From positions 2,854,001 to 2,914,000 of the forward strand of contig CM075992.1 of assembly GCA_038087875.1 (NCBI GenBank): 60,000 nt of DNA, read 5' to 3'. The notes below the pieces were generated by a model that worked only from the letters and a program-made list of their open reading frames with translations, was not told where the DNA came from and searched no databases. Position 1 is the first letter of the stretch. Every line of letters starts with the position of its first letter. Below are positions 14,201 to 29,200 of the stretch, in pieces. Both the position numbers and the translations under genes were made by a program. This DNA comes from Malacoraja senta (taxonomy: Eukaryota).

Positions 14201-17200
14201 CAGGAGATATGAAAAATGACCTTATGATGCCTCAAAGGTAGATAAAAATGCTGGAGAAACTCAGCGGGTGAGGCAGCATCTATGGAGCGAAGGAATAGGT
14301 GACGTTTCGGGTCGAGACACTTCTACAAATGCCTCAAAGCATTTTACAAATAATGAATTGCTTTTTGAGAGTCCCCCCCCCCCCCCCCAGTGTAATTTTG
14401 GGAAGACAGGGGCCAATTGTTGCTCAACAAGATCCCATCAGTAGCAATGAGGTCTTAGAGATACAGCACGAAAACAGGCCCTTCGGCCTGCCGAGTCCAT
14501 GCCGACCATCGATCATCCGTTCACACTCGTTCTTTGTTATCCCATTTTCTCATCCACTCCCCTACAAACTAGGGGCAAGTTACAGAGGTCATTTAAGACT
14601 GAGGTGAGGTCATTTAAGACTGAGGTGAGAAAAAACGTTTTCACCAAGAGAGTTGTGAATTTATGGAATTCCCTGCCACAGAGGGCAGTGGAGGCCAAGT
14701 CACTGGATGGATTTAAAAGAGAGTTAGATAGAGCTCTAGGGGCTAGTGGAGTCAAGGGATATGGGGAGAAGGCAGGCACGGGTTATTGATAGGGGACGAT
14801 CAGCCATGATCACAATGAATGGCAGTGCTGGCTCCTCCTGCACCTATTTTCTATGTTTCTATGTTAATTGACCTAGAGGCCTGCACGTCTTTGGGATGTG
14901 GGAGGAAACCCACACGGTCACAGGGAGAACGTGCAAACTCCACACAGACAGCACCCGAGGTCAGGATCGAACCCGGGTCTCTGGTGCTGTGCCACAGTAA
15001 TGAACAGTATTGTTAGTTAAGGGATATAATTTTAAGACTTTAGACTTTACAGATACAGAGCGGAAACAGGCCCTTCGGCCCACTGAGCCTGCACCAACCA
15101 GCGATCACCCCGTACACTAGCACAATCCTCCATGCCAGGGACATATTACAATTTTACCAAAGCCCATTAACCTGCAAACCTTTATGTAGTTGGAGGAAAC
15201 TGGAGCACCTGGAGAAAACCCATGCGGTTACCAGGAGAACATACAAACTCCACACAGATAGGACCCGGAGTCATGATCGAACCTGGGTCTCTGGTGCTGT
15301 AAGGCAGCAACTCAACCGCTGCGCCACCAAGCCACACAAACATCGGGTAACATTGGCCAGCTCTTTATCAAACTGGTACAATGGCATGTTTTACACGTAT
15401 CCCAGGTGGTTGATCACCCCACACAACCTGAAAGATGCTGAAAGCACAACTTCAGAAACAGGAGGGTAAAACTTCAGGAAAAAAATGTGCATTCAGCAAG
15501 ACTGATGAATTAGTAAAGATCAGACAGGTGCAGACGTGGAAAGACTCGCTAAGGAATAACTCGCGATAAGGGCGGCATGGTGGCGCAGCGGTAGAGTTGC
15601 TGCCTCACAGCGCCAGAGACCCGGGTTCAATCCTGACTACGGGCGCTGTCTGTACGGAGATTGTATGCTCCCCCCTGTGATCCCGTGGGTTTTCTCCGGG
15701 TGCTCCGGTTTCCTCCCACCTTCCAAAAACGTGCAGGTTTGCAGGTTAATTTGCTTCTGTAAATTGTCCCCAGTGTGTAGAATTGAGCTAGTGTATGGGG
15801 TGATCACTGGACTCGGTGGGCCGAAGGGCCTGTTTCCGCGCTGTACCTCCAAACCAAACTAAAACTGAAATGCGACAGGACAGGAGGCAGGTACAACAAT
15901 ACAAACACAGACACCCCACCAATTATCAGTGATCAGGCAGAGATAAGGTACGACAATACAAAGGGGCATGAAAGAAATGAATGAAAGGAAGGTGCCGTGA
16001 AAGGAGAATAAGGAATGAATTACAGGAGGAAGACGGAACAATAAGGAGGCTCATGAAAGAATTTTCAGAGATCAAACAAAAGAAAAGAATGAAGGTGCTT
16101 CTGAACGACAGCATCATTGCTGTAGGTGATGGAAGGAGGTTCTCAGTCAGCAAGGAAGAGAATAACCGAGTGATTTAAAGGCAGTCATTGGCGCAACAAC
16201 AAGGACGACAAATGCAAGTTGAACCAAGGACTGAGGAAGAAGTCGAGCAGAGCTGGAGAGGTGTGATCCAACATTGATGGAGGGACTGTGGAGAAACATA
16301 GAAACATAGACAATAGGTGCAGGAGTAGGCCAATCGGCCCTTTGGACCAGCACCGCCGTTCAATATGATCATGGCTGACCATCCACAATCAGTACCCCGT
16401 TCCTGCCTTCTCCCCATATCCCTTGACTCCGTTATCTTTAAGAGCTCTATCTAACTCTCCCTTGAAAGCATCCAGAGAATTGGCCTCCACCACCCTCTGA
16501 GGCAGAGAATCCCACAGACTCACAACTCTCTGTGTGAAAAAGTGTTTCCTCATCTCCGTTCTAAATGGCCTACCCCTTATTCTTAAACTGTGGCCCCTGG
16601 TTCTGGACTCCCCCAACATCGGGAACATGTTTCCTGCCTCTAGCGTGTCCAAACCCTTAATGATCTTATAGGTTTCAATAAGATGCCCTCTCATCCTTCT
16701 AAATTCCAGTGTATACAAGCCCAGCCGCTCCATTCTATCTGCAGCTGAAAAGGAAAAGAGCAGAACGAGGAATGGTGTCCAGTACAAAACCCAGCCAGAG
16801 TTGGGCGTCAAGGTGGAGCGATGGTAGAGTTGCTGGAGACCCGGGTACGGAGATTGTACCTTCTCCCTGTGACTGCGTGGGTTTCCTCCGGGTGCTCCAG
16901 TTTCCTCCCACATCCCAAAGACGTGCAGGTTTGGAGGTTAATTCACTTTGGTAAAATTGTAAATTGTCAGTCAGTCAGTCCATTTTATTTGTATAGCACA
17001 TTTAAAAACAACTCACGTTGACCAAAGTGCTGTACATCAGTGCAGGTACTAATGTGCCACATACAATGGTACACAGACCTAACAATACGTACATAAACTG
17101 TTTACAGCGCCCCTTCAGAGGGGCAGTTCTGATGAGGAGAGGGATTTATTATTTTCCTATTTTCCTATTTTCTATGTTTCTGTGGGTTATTGGGGACACA

Positions 17201-20200
17201 AAAATGATGGAGAGACTCAGCGGGTGCAGCAGCATCTATGGAGCGAAGGAGATAGGCAACATTTCGGGCCGAAACCATTCCTCAGATTATTGGGGATGAT
17301 CAGCCATGATCACAATGAATGGCGGTGCTGGCTCGAAGGGCCGAATGGCCTCCTCCTGCACCTATTTTCTATTTTTCTAAGGATGCTGTGTGGCCCTCGT
17401 GTGTTGGGCCACACTATTGTCCCTCTACTGCTGCCCCACCCTGCCGCCCTATATATCTCTTAGAAACAGTGTTGAAGTTCTATTTCATTGTGAATTTAAA
17501 CTACTTCTTAAGTTTTGTAATTATTTGCAAAGATACCTAAAGAAAGAGACTTTATTCTCTATTCGACTCTTTTGTTCTCTTTCTTCAAAAATCTCTTTGT
17601 TCCCTTTTTTGTTTCTCTCTCTTTTTGTTAACATTTAGACAACTATAGATGGAACCAATACTGGATGGAATCAGATCTGAGTTCCACAATGGTCATGAGT
17701 AATTGGAGCTGATTTTGTAAATGTATGCATATTTCTAGTTCTGCAGATGAGATTCCCCAATAGAAATTGGGCACTTTAAATTGGCATTTTGCAAAGTTGA
17801 TGAGAGGAGGTTGTGTGTAAAATTATGAGAGACACAGCTAGAGTAGACAGACAGAACCTTTTTCCCAGTGGAAATGTCAAAGACTAGTGGGCATTGCTTT
17901 AAGTTTAGTTTAGTTTAGTTTAGACATAGGCCCACCGAGTTTGCAGCAACCAGCGATCTCCGTGCACTAGTTCCATTCTACACACATTAGGGACTGGTTA
18001 CAGAAGCCAATTAACCTACAAACCTGCACGTCTTTGGAGTGCGGGAGGAAACCGGAGCACGTTGTCACAGGGAGAACGTACAAACTCTGCACAGACAGCA
18101 CCCGTAGTCAGGATCGAACCCGGGTCTCTGGTGCTGTAAGGCAGCAACTCTACCGCTGCACCAGGTGAAAGGGACAAAGTTTAAAGGAGATGTATGGGGC
18201 AAGTTTTTTTACATAGAGTGTAATGTGTGCCTGGAACACGTTGCCAAGGGTGGTGGTGGAGGCAGATATGATAATAACATTTTAGAGAGTTTTAGATAGG
18301 CATGTAGATATGAAGAAAATTGAAGAATATGGATCATGTCTTGCAGAGGAGATTAGTTATACTTGGCATCCTGTTCAGCACAGACATTGTGGGCCGAAGG
18401 GCCTGTTCCTGTTCTATATTCTACATTCTACTTTGAGACTACTCAGAGAGAATCTAAAATATTATTTGCCTTGACAAGATATTTTCTTCTGATAAAGTTT
18501 AATTCTAATAAAGACTTGCTTTCACAAAGCTTCCTAATACTTATTTCCTAATAATTTTAGGAAGACAAAAAATGCCGGAGTAACTCAGCGGGACATGCAG
18601 CATCTCTGGAGAGAAGGAATGGGTGACGTTTCGGGTCGAGACCCTTCTTCAAACTGATACAAACTGATCTTCAAACTGATACAAATTTATGATAAAATAA
18701 TACTATTTTAGAGTGAGTAGACAGATAAATCTCTCAAAAAGGAATATTGAATTACCAGTTCTGAATGGAATAACCCAACCATAATTTGGAAAGGTTGATC
18801 GTATAATATATGCATCTGAGTGGATTAGTGATATTCATTTAAAATAATTAACAAATTATAAGACATCGCCTGATATTGAGCATGTGTTAATTAAGAAGCT
18901 TGATTAAATCTCACACAGTCTATCAGGCATGTGGTAATCTTTCTAATGATATGATAATAAGAACAGCTAATCATTTAAGTGTCGGAAGGAACTGCAGATG
19001 CTGGTTTAAACTGAAGATAGACACAAAATGCTGGAGTAAGTCAACGGGACAGGCAGCATCTCTGGAGAGAAGGAAAGGGTGACGTTTCGGGTTTGATGAT
19101 GGGTCTTGAAACTTCACCCATTCCTTTTCTCTAGAGGTGCTGCCTGGCCCGCTGAGTTTCTTCAGCATTTTGTGTCTGTCTTCCAAACATATTTCCCTCC
19201 TCTCCTCCATACTGCAAGAGAAGGCGTGATTCCAGCTCAAAGATAGATCAAGGATGAGACTCCATTCTCTGGGCAGAGATTAATTTAGTTTAGTTTAGAG
19301 ATACAGCGCGGAAACAGGCCCTTCGGCCCACCGGGTCCGCGCCGACCAGCGATCCCCGCACATTAACACTATCCTACACCCACTAGGGACAATTTTTTAC
19401 ATTTACCAAGCCAATTAACCTACAAACCTGTATGGAATGTGGGAGGAAACCGAAGATCTCGGGAGAAAACCCACGCAGGTCACGGGGAGAGCGTACAAAC
19501 TCCGTACAGACAGCACCCGTGGTCGGGATCGAACCCGGGTCTCCGGCGCTGTGAGGCAGTAACTCTACCGCTGCGCCACCGTGACTAATGGTGAAGGGAG
19601 GAGCGTGCACCCGTTACACTGTGGTGACAAGGCTGATGGTTTGCCCAGTGTGGAGTGAGTGGGGGTGTGTGTGGAGAACCTGCTGGGGACTGACCTGCTA
19701 GCGGCTCTTCGCCTGAAACTCCTTCCGCGGGCTGTAAAACAGACATAGAGAGAGTGCAGGAACACTCGTCAGTATTGACCACTCGGCCACCAAAGACCCA
19801 GCACTCAGAGTAGAGTGCAGTGAGCAACTGCAGATGCTGGTTTAATATAATATAATAGTAATTATAATAATATCTTTTATTGTCATTGCACAAAGGTGCA
19901 ATGAGATTTGGTACGCAGCTTCCATCCGATAGTCATAACTTAAACAGCTAATAACATTTAGATTTAGATACCCCGAGAAACATGATTTATTAAAAAAAAA
20001 GAACATTAAAACAGTAAAACAGTCTAAAGTGCAAATATGTCTGTGCCGGGTCGATGTGCGTGAACACAGTTCATGGGGCTGGGGGGGGGGGGGTGGGGGG
20101 GGGTGGGGGGAGGCACTCTGCAGAGCCGGTTCAGAGCAGCGACAGCTCTGGGGATGAAGCTGTTCCTGAGTCTGGAGGTGCGGGCGTAGAAGGCCTTGTA

Positions 20201-23200
20201 ACGTCTGCCGGAAGGTAGGAGTTCGAACAGACTATTGCAAGGCTGCGAGGAGTGTTTGTGGATGCTGACGGCCTTCCTGAGGCACCGTGTGTAAAGTGCA
20301 CACCAACATCAAGGACACATACAGAGCTCTCCCCTGCCCATCCCTGGGACAATCCGATCACCTCTCACTTACACCAGAGATAGGCACAAAATGCTGGAAT
20401 AAGAAGGGTCTCGACCTGAAACGTCACCCATTCCTTCTCTCCACACATGCTGCCTGACCCGCTGAGTTATTCATAGTAGATGGTCAACCAGAACCGGAGG
20501 GGAAGGCCAACAGATGCCGTTTGAGAATGGCTCGACTGGGCTATTGTTCACTGGAATTTAGAAGGATGCGACAGGATCTTATAGAAACATATACAATTCT
20601 TAAGGGATTGGACAAGCTAGATGCAGGAAAAATGTTTCCCATGTTGGAGGAGTACAGAACCAGGGGTCACAGTTTAAAAATAAGGGGTAGGCCATTTAGG
20701 ACTGAGATGAGGGAAAACATTTTCAGCCAGAGAGTTGTGAATCTGTGGAATTTTCTGCCACAGAAGGCGGTGGAGGCCAATTCACTGGATGTTTTCAAAA
20801 GAGAGTTAGATATAGCTCTTAGGACTAATGGAATCAAGGGATATGGGGGGAAGGCAGGAACGGGGTACTGATTCTGGATGTTCAGACATGATCATATTGA
20901 ATGGCAGTGCTGGCTCGAAGGGCCGAATGGTCTACTCCTGTACCTATGTTTCTATGTTTCAAAGTGCTGGGACACCGTTGAGCAGTCAGCAGAAAGTTTA
21001 TTCCTGCACATCACGAGTCGATCGTGTAAATAGTGAGCCCACAGTGACGATGTCAGGGTGGACAGTTCCAATCTTCAGGTGTGAACAGTGGTGAGTCCTC
21101 GTGTGGGCATGGATATCCCGTGAGTGTGTATCATGCAACAAAACCACTTCTAAATATATTCTTCTCCTCTCCCCCGCACTGGCAAGGCAATACATGATTC
21201 CAGCTCAGAGCCAGAGCTGTATCGCAGGGGGGAGGGACAGAACCTTGGAGTGATCAGCGGCTCAGAGACGGCAACCCTCTCTGTAGGTGTGTAGTGTAGA
21301 GAGCAACTGCAGATGCTGCTTTACACCGAAGGTAGACACAAAATGCTGGAGTAGCTCAGCGGGACAGGCAGCATCTCTGGAGAGAAGGAATGGGTGACGT
21401 TTCAGGTCGAGACCTGCTTTTTTTTCTCTCTCTCTCTCACTTTCCTTTCCCTCTCCTTCCTCATCTCTGTCACTCTCATCTCCTGTCTCTTACTCACACT
21501 CACACACACCCACAGATAAACACACCCTCACACAAACCCACACACACACTCTCTCACACACATACACTCTCACACTCACACACACTCACCCACAGATAAA
21601 CACACTCTCTCACACACACACACAGATAAACGCACTCTCACATGCACTCCCATGCACTCTCACAATCACATCCACACACACTTTTGCACATAAACACTCT
21701 CACACACACCCACACACTCTCGCACACACTCTCCATCACTCTCACACCCACACCCACAGATAAACACTCTCACACACACACACACACTCTCACACACACA
21801 CACACACTCTCGCACGCACACACACACTCTCACACCCACACCCACAGATAAACACTCTCACACACACACACACACACTCTCGCATGCACACACACCCACA
21901 GATAAACACTCTCACACACACACACACACACTCTCACACACACACCCACACTCTCACACACACACCCACAGATAAACACTCTCACACACACACCCACACT
22001 CTCACACACACACCCACAGATAAACACTCTCACACACACACACACACACTCTCACACACACACACACACCCACAGATAAACACTCTCACACACACACACA
22101 CACACACTCTCACACACACACCCACAGATAAACACTCTCACACACACACACACACACTCTCGCATGCACACACACCCACAGATAAACACTCTCACACACA
22201 CACACACACACTCTCACACACACACCCACACTCTCACACACACACCCACAGATAAACACTCTCACACACACACACACACACTCTCACACACACACACACA
22301 CCCACAGATAAACACTCTCACACACACACACACACACTCTCACACACACACACACACACTCTCACACACACACCCACACTCTCACACACACACCCACAGA
22401 TAAACACTCTCACACACACACCCACACTCTCACACACACACCCACAGATAAACACTCTCACACACACACACACACACTCTCACACACACACCCACACTTT
22501 CACACACACACCCACAGATAAACACTCTCACACACACACACACACACTCTCACACACACACCCACACTCTCACACACACACCCACAGATAAACACTCTCA
22601 CACACACACACACACACTCTCACACACACACCCACACTTTCACACACACACCCACAGATAAACACTCTCACACACACACACACACACACTCTCACACACA
22701 CCCACAGATAAACACTCTCACGCACACACACACTCTCGCACACACACCCACAGATAAACACTCTCACACACTCTCGCACACACTCTCCAACACTCTCACA
22801 CCCACACCCACAGATAAACACTCTCACACACACACACACACACACTCTCACACACACACACACACACTCTCACACACACACCCACACTTTCACACACACA
22901 CCCACAGATAAACACTCTCACACACACACCCACACTCTCACACACACACCCACAGATAAACACTCTCACACACACACACACACACACTCTCACACACACA
23001 CCCACACTTTCACACACACACCCACAGATAAACACTCTCACACACACACACACACACTCTCACACACACACCCACACTCTCACACACACACCCACAGATA
23101 AACACTCTCACACACACACACACACACACTCTCACACACACACCCACACTTTCACACACACACCCACAGATAAACACTCTCACACACACACACACACACA

Positions 23201-26200
23201 CTCTCACACACACCCACAGATAAACACTCTCACGCACACACACACTCTCGCACACACACCCACAGATAAACACTCTCACACACTCTCGCACACACTCTCC
23301 AACACTCTCACACCCACACCCACAGATAAACACTCTCACACACACACACACACACACTCTCACACACACACACCCACACACTCACACCCACACCCACAGA
23401 TAAACACTCTCACACACACACACACACACTCTCACACACACACACACACACTCTCACACACACACACACACACTCTCACACTCTCACACATACACCCACA
23501 GATAAACACTCTCACACACACACACACACACACTCTCACACACACACACACACACTCTCACACACACACACACACTCTCACACTCTCACACATACACCCA
23601 CAGATAAACACTCTCACACACACACACACACACTCTCACGCACACCCACAGTTAAACACACTCTCGCACGCACACACACACTCTCACACACACTCTCACG
23701 CACACCCACAGTTAAACACACTCTCGCACGCACACACACACTCTCACACACACACCCACAGATAAACACTCTCACGCACACACACTCACTCCCACACACT
23801 CTCACGCACACCCACAGTTAACCACACTCTCACACGCACTCCCACACACACTCTCACACTCACACATGCACACACTCTCACCTGCACACCCACACACACA
23901 GGTACACATTCACCCTCCCTCTCTCACACATGTATACACACACTCATGCACTCACACACACATTTTCACGCCCCCATGTATATAATACTCTCACACACAC
24001 ACAAACAAGTACATACACACATGCACACACATGTATATAATACTCTCACACATGCAAACATGTGCACATACTTTAACACACTCACGCACACATACAGAAG
24101 AATATACACACATATTCACACACACATGTACTCTTACTCTTTTTCACCCTCTACATTTCCCATTTTGTGTTTCTCTCTTTCACCCTCCCCCTCTCCGTAT
24201 CTCTTCTCTCTCTTTTTCTTTACCTCTCATATTCTTTCTCCCTCTCTTGCTCTCTCTCTCTCTCCCTCTTTCTCCCCATCTTCTCTCTCTGCTTTTCCCC
24301 CCTCCCCCACCCACCTTTATTTCTTTGCCACCCCCCCCCCCACCCTCGTTTCCCTGCCCCATTTTCCATCACTTTGTCCCTCGTTGTGAAATCCATCCAA
24401 ATATTTGGCTTGCATCTGATTTAGTTTCCATGGAAATATTGACAAAAGAAGTTGTGTCAAAAGAGGCCAACTCTGATTGTCTGCCTTCCGGGAGGGGTCC
24501 GCTGCATCACCTCAGCCCGTCAAACGTTGCACCTGGTTAAACAGAGAGCCTTTCCCAATTTTATTTCTGACCACAAATAAAGAAAATAACGCTCAAAGTA
24601 CACCTTAACATTGGTTGGCGATCGACACAAAATGCTGGAGTAACTCAGCGGGACAGGCAACATCTCTGAAGAGAAGGGATGGGTTGAGACCCTTCATCAA
24701 ACGCGAAATGTCACCTAATAATAATAATAATGATGATAATGGATTGGATTTATATAGCGCCTTTCTAATACCCAAGGCGCTTTACATCGCATTATTCATT
24801 CACTCCTCAGTCACACTCGGTGGTGGTGAGCTACTTCTGTAGCCACAGCTGCCCTGGGGCAGACTGACGGAAGCGTGGCTGCTAATCTGCGCCTACGGCC
24901 CCTCCGACCACCACCAATCACTCACACACATTCACACACATTCACACGCAGGCAAAGGTGGGTGAAGTGTCTTGCCCAAGGACACAACGACAGTATGCAC
25001 TCCAAGCGGGATTCGAACCGGCTACCTTCCGGTTGCCAGCCGAACACTTAGCCCATTGCGCCACCTGTTCCTTTTCTCCAGAGATGCTGCCTGACCCGTT
25101 CCGTTACTCCAGCATTTTGTGTCTGTCTTCGGTGTAAATCGGCATCTGCAGTTCCTTCCTACATTTTAGTTGAGTTTAGTTTAGTTTGGAGATACAGCGC
25201 GGAAACAGGCCCTTCGGCCCAACGGGTCCGCACCGACCAGCGATCCCCGCACACTAACACAACCCTACACACACCAGGGACAATTTACACCAGTACCAAG
25301 CCAATTAACCTACACGCCTGTACGTCTTTGGAGTGTGGGAGGAAACCGGAGATCTCGGAGAAAACCCTCGCAGGTCAAGGGGAGAACGTACAGACAGCAC
25401 CCGTAGTCGGGATCGAACCTGGGTCTCTGGCGCTGTAAGCTCTGTAAGGCAGTAACTCTACCGCTGTGCCACCGTGCATAATAGTGGTTGATTTCTCTCC
25501 AGTCTTTGCTTGCAGTTGTGTTTGGAGGTTCCAGGCCAGATATGGAGAGATGGGGAGACTATCAATGAGCTCGGAGATTCGTTGAGTGAAAGGGGACCTG
25601 AAACTATGGACCGGGATGCATGTAACCCCTTATTGGCATTGAAGGGCATCTTGGCCAGATAGTTTCATGGAGTCATGGAAGTCGTACAGCGTGCAAGCAG
25701 GCCCTTCAGCCCAACTTGCCCGCACCGGCCAACATGTCCCAGCTATCACGAGTCCATGGAAACCGATGACTATCAGCATCATTGGTCAGGCTCGCTAGAT
25801 GGAGAACGGGCAGAGCGGGTGGTGAGGACAGTCTGACAGGACTAATGGTGTTACCTTTTCCTCAGTATCTACGCTGGCTTCAGCTGCCCGAGGAGGAGCA
25901 CTCATGCTGGGACCTGCGGGGAGGGAAAAGGAAGGGTTAAACAAAATCTCCCTACTGACTGCTGCAAAACTCCAGTAAATATTCCACCCGGGATAATCTC
26001 CTGTCTGAATTTCCTGGACAGGTCATAGTCATAGAGTCACAGAGTGATACAGCGCGGAAACAGGTCCTTCGGCCCAACTTGCCCGCACTGGCCAACATAT
26101 CCCAGCTACACTAGTCCCACCTACCTGCGCTTGGTCCATATCCATCCAAACCTGTCCTATCCATGTACATGTCTAACTGTTTCTTAAACGTTGGGACAGT

Positions 26201-29200
26201 CCCAGCCACAACTACCTCCTCTGGCAGCTTGTTCCATACACCCACCACCCTTTGTGTGAAAAAGTTACCCCTAAGATTCCTATTAAATCTTTTCCATTTC
26301 ACCTTAAAACTATGTCCTCTGGTCTTCAATTCCCCTACTCTGGGCAAGAGACTCTGTGCATCTACCCGATCTATTCCTCTCATCATTTTATACAACTCTA
26401 TAAGATCACTCTATAAGACCATTGTGGCTAAAGGGATCAGGGGGTATGGAGAGAAAGCAGGTACAGGATACTGAGTTGGATGATCAGCCATGATCATATT
26501 GAATGGCAGTGCAGGCTCGAAGGGCCGAATGGCCTGCTCCTGCACCTATTTTTCTATGTTCTATGTTTCTATCACCCCTCATCCTCCTGCGCTCCAAGGA
26601 ATAGAGTCCCAGCCTACTCAACCTCTCCCTGTAGCTCAGACCCTCGAGTCCTGGCAACATCCTCATAAATCTACTCTGTACCCTTTCCAACTTGGACAAT
26701 AGACAATAGGTGCAGGAGTCAACCAGCACCGCCATTCACTGTGATCAACATCTTTCCTGTAAGGTGGTGCCCGGAACTGAACACAATACTTCTCCGAAGG
26801 TTACACATCCTCCACAGATCTGGTCAGACGGCACTGCAATTACGGATCGAAAGACCGGGATTAATTCCAAGTGTGAGGTTCAATTTGTGGCTGTGCCGAA
26901 TGCAGAATGCATGCAGCTAACAACTTAACACAAAAAGCGTTAACTGGAGGGCTAAAAATAGTACCCAGTTAGAATAAAATGTCAGAGCATGAGCGAGAAG
27001 TCTCTGGAGGCATGTTTTCTCCACACAGTGTGGAACTGCCAACATCTCTGGTGAAACCGAGCAGCCACCTTATCCCAGCGACACTGAGAAAAGATGGTGA
27101 ACACTGCCCAGCCCTTCACGGGTTCCGACCTCCCCACCATCGAAGGGATTGGCAAGGGTCGCTGCCTCGGAAAGGCAGCCGGCATCGTCAGAGACCCACG
27201 CCACCCTGCCCAGGCTCTCATTTCACCCCTGCCATCGGGAGGAAGGTACAGGAGCCTGAAATCTGTAACATTCAGGTTCAGGATGACCGCAGTCATCAGA
27301 GGCTGTTAAACACTCAAAGGTGAATGAATGAATGAATGAATGATACTTTATTGTCACAGTTGTATTCTCTGTTTTGCATAAGCAAGGTATGCAAAGAGTC
27401 GCTACATAAAGGGCACCAACACAGTTACAAAGTATCCACGCTGGGTCCCCCGTTGTTCTCCCCCCCCTCCCTCACTCTCCCCACCCCCACTCCACCCCTC
27501 AGGAGCATGCAGCCACCACTTGATGAGCAGCCCGTTTAGATACTCAACTCAGTTTGGGCCCTCCCACCCGCTCACTGCCCCACCCCCCCCCCCGGCCCAG
27601 TGGCCCTCACCTGCCGTGGCAGGTCCGCCCGCAGCGAGTTTCCCATCCACGGTCGCCCTGATGTCTGTGAACACCTCCACTTCCTCCCTGTCTCCGTCCA
27701 ACTGTGGGAGAGAAAGAAGTCACCATGGATTCAAAAGCTCTCTGCCCAACGCAGTGGGCTTGTTCTCGTTTGCATTGGCCTGTCTGCAGTTGAAGAGTGT
27801 GAGGGTTTGTGTAGTCGGATGGCAAGAGTAATGGCAGCAACTCTACCCGTTGCGCCGCCGTGCCACCCACCAGGTTCTCTCATCCCTGGAGCCCTGGTCT
27901 GGCTGGGTTTGGACGCAAAATGCTGGAGTAACTCAGCGGGACAGGCAGCGTCTCTGGAGAGAAGGAATGGGTGACGTTTCAATAGACAATAGACAATAGG
28001 TCCAGGAGTTGACCATTCGGCCCTTCGAGCCAGCACCGCCATTCAATGTGATCATGGCTGATCATCCCCAATCAGTACCCCGTTCCTGCCTTCTCCCCGT
28101 CCCCTGACTCTGCTATTTTTAAGAGCCCTATCTAGCTCTCTCTTGATAGCATCCAGAGAACCTGCCTCCACCGCCATCTGAGACAGAGAAGTTGAGACCC
28201 TCCTTCAGACTGGTATGTTTTTACTCCACCATCTGATAGTGAGGGGCACACTATTGGATCCCCACCCCCACACTCCGAGCTGCGCTGCCGTTTTTTCTGC
28301 CTGTCATTCTGCTTTAATTATGTAAAGGATACACCCACAGGATAATTGCCTCAATCACCCAGATCCTCACATTCACTGCTCTCAGCAGTAAGTGGAGCTC
28401 TAGGTGGAGAGTGTAAAAGCTGCTTCTCACTGTGACTCACTGACACCAACAGCAGCTTCCTGTCAGCCCTGTCCCTTGCTTCACTAACCAGGGGTTAAAC
28501 TCAACCGATACCAGTCTGTGGTGTTAAACCCAGCCAGTCTCCCTCCGACCTCTCTGTCCTGGGTCTCCTCCATGGCCAGAGTGAGCAACACCGGAAATTG
28601 GAGGAATAGCACCTCATATTCCGCTTGGGGAGTCTGCATCCTGGGGGCATGAACATTGAATTCTCCCAATTCTCCCAAAGTTAGCCCTTGCTGTCTCCTC
28701 CCCTTCCTCAGCCCTCGGGCTGTCTCCTCCCATCCCTCAGCCCTCGGGCTCCTCCTCCGCCTTTTTCCTTTCTTCTCCCCACCCGCCATCAGTCTGAAGA
28801 AGGGTTTCGGCCCGAAACGTTGCCTATTTCCTTCGCTCCATAGATGCTGCTGCACCCGCTGAGTTTCTCCAGCATTTTTGTGTACCTCATGACTTACTAA
28901 TGTTTTAATTGTGGCCGTCCGTCCGGGAGGATTATTTCGTTGAATCGTCTTTTACTAAAAATAATAAAAGACGAACAAAAACATGTTAATAAAAATAAAA
29001 GAATTTGTTCTACAAATATAGGATTCATTCAAATGGCCGCACTTAATGGCTTAGAAGGCCGCAGGCTTCATGGCCTTAAGGCCGCAGGTTCCCCACCCCT
29101 GAACTAAACCAATCCCAGTCAGTGTTGATTAACTAAACAAGTCTCCCAGTCAGTGGGACTTAGTTAACCAGGGCGGTATGGTGGACTAGCAGTAGAGTTG

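Noticed and set aside
15880..16290. Purine-rich unique stretch with short ORFs
   Set aside because: No recognisable homology or exon structure; possibly a decayed repeat.
21390..24389. His/Thr- and Cys/Val-rich ORFs
   Set aside because: Satellite artefacts.
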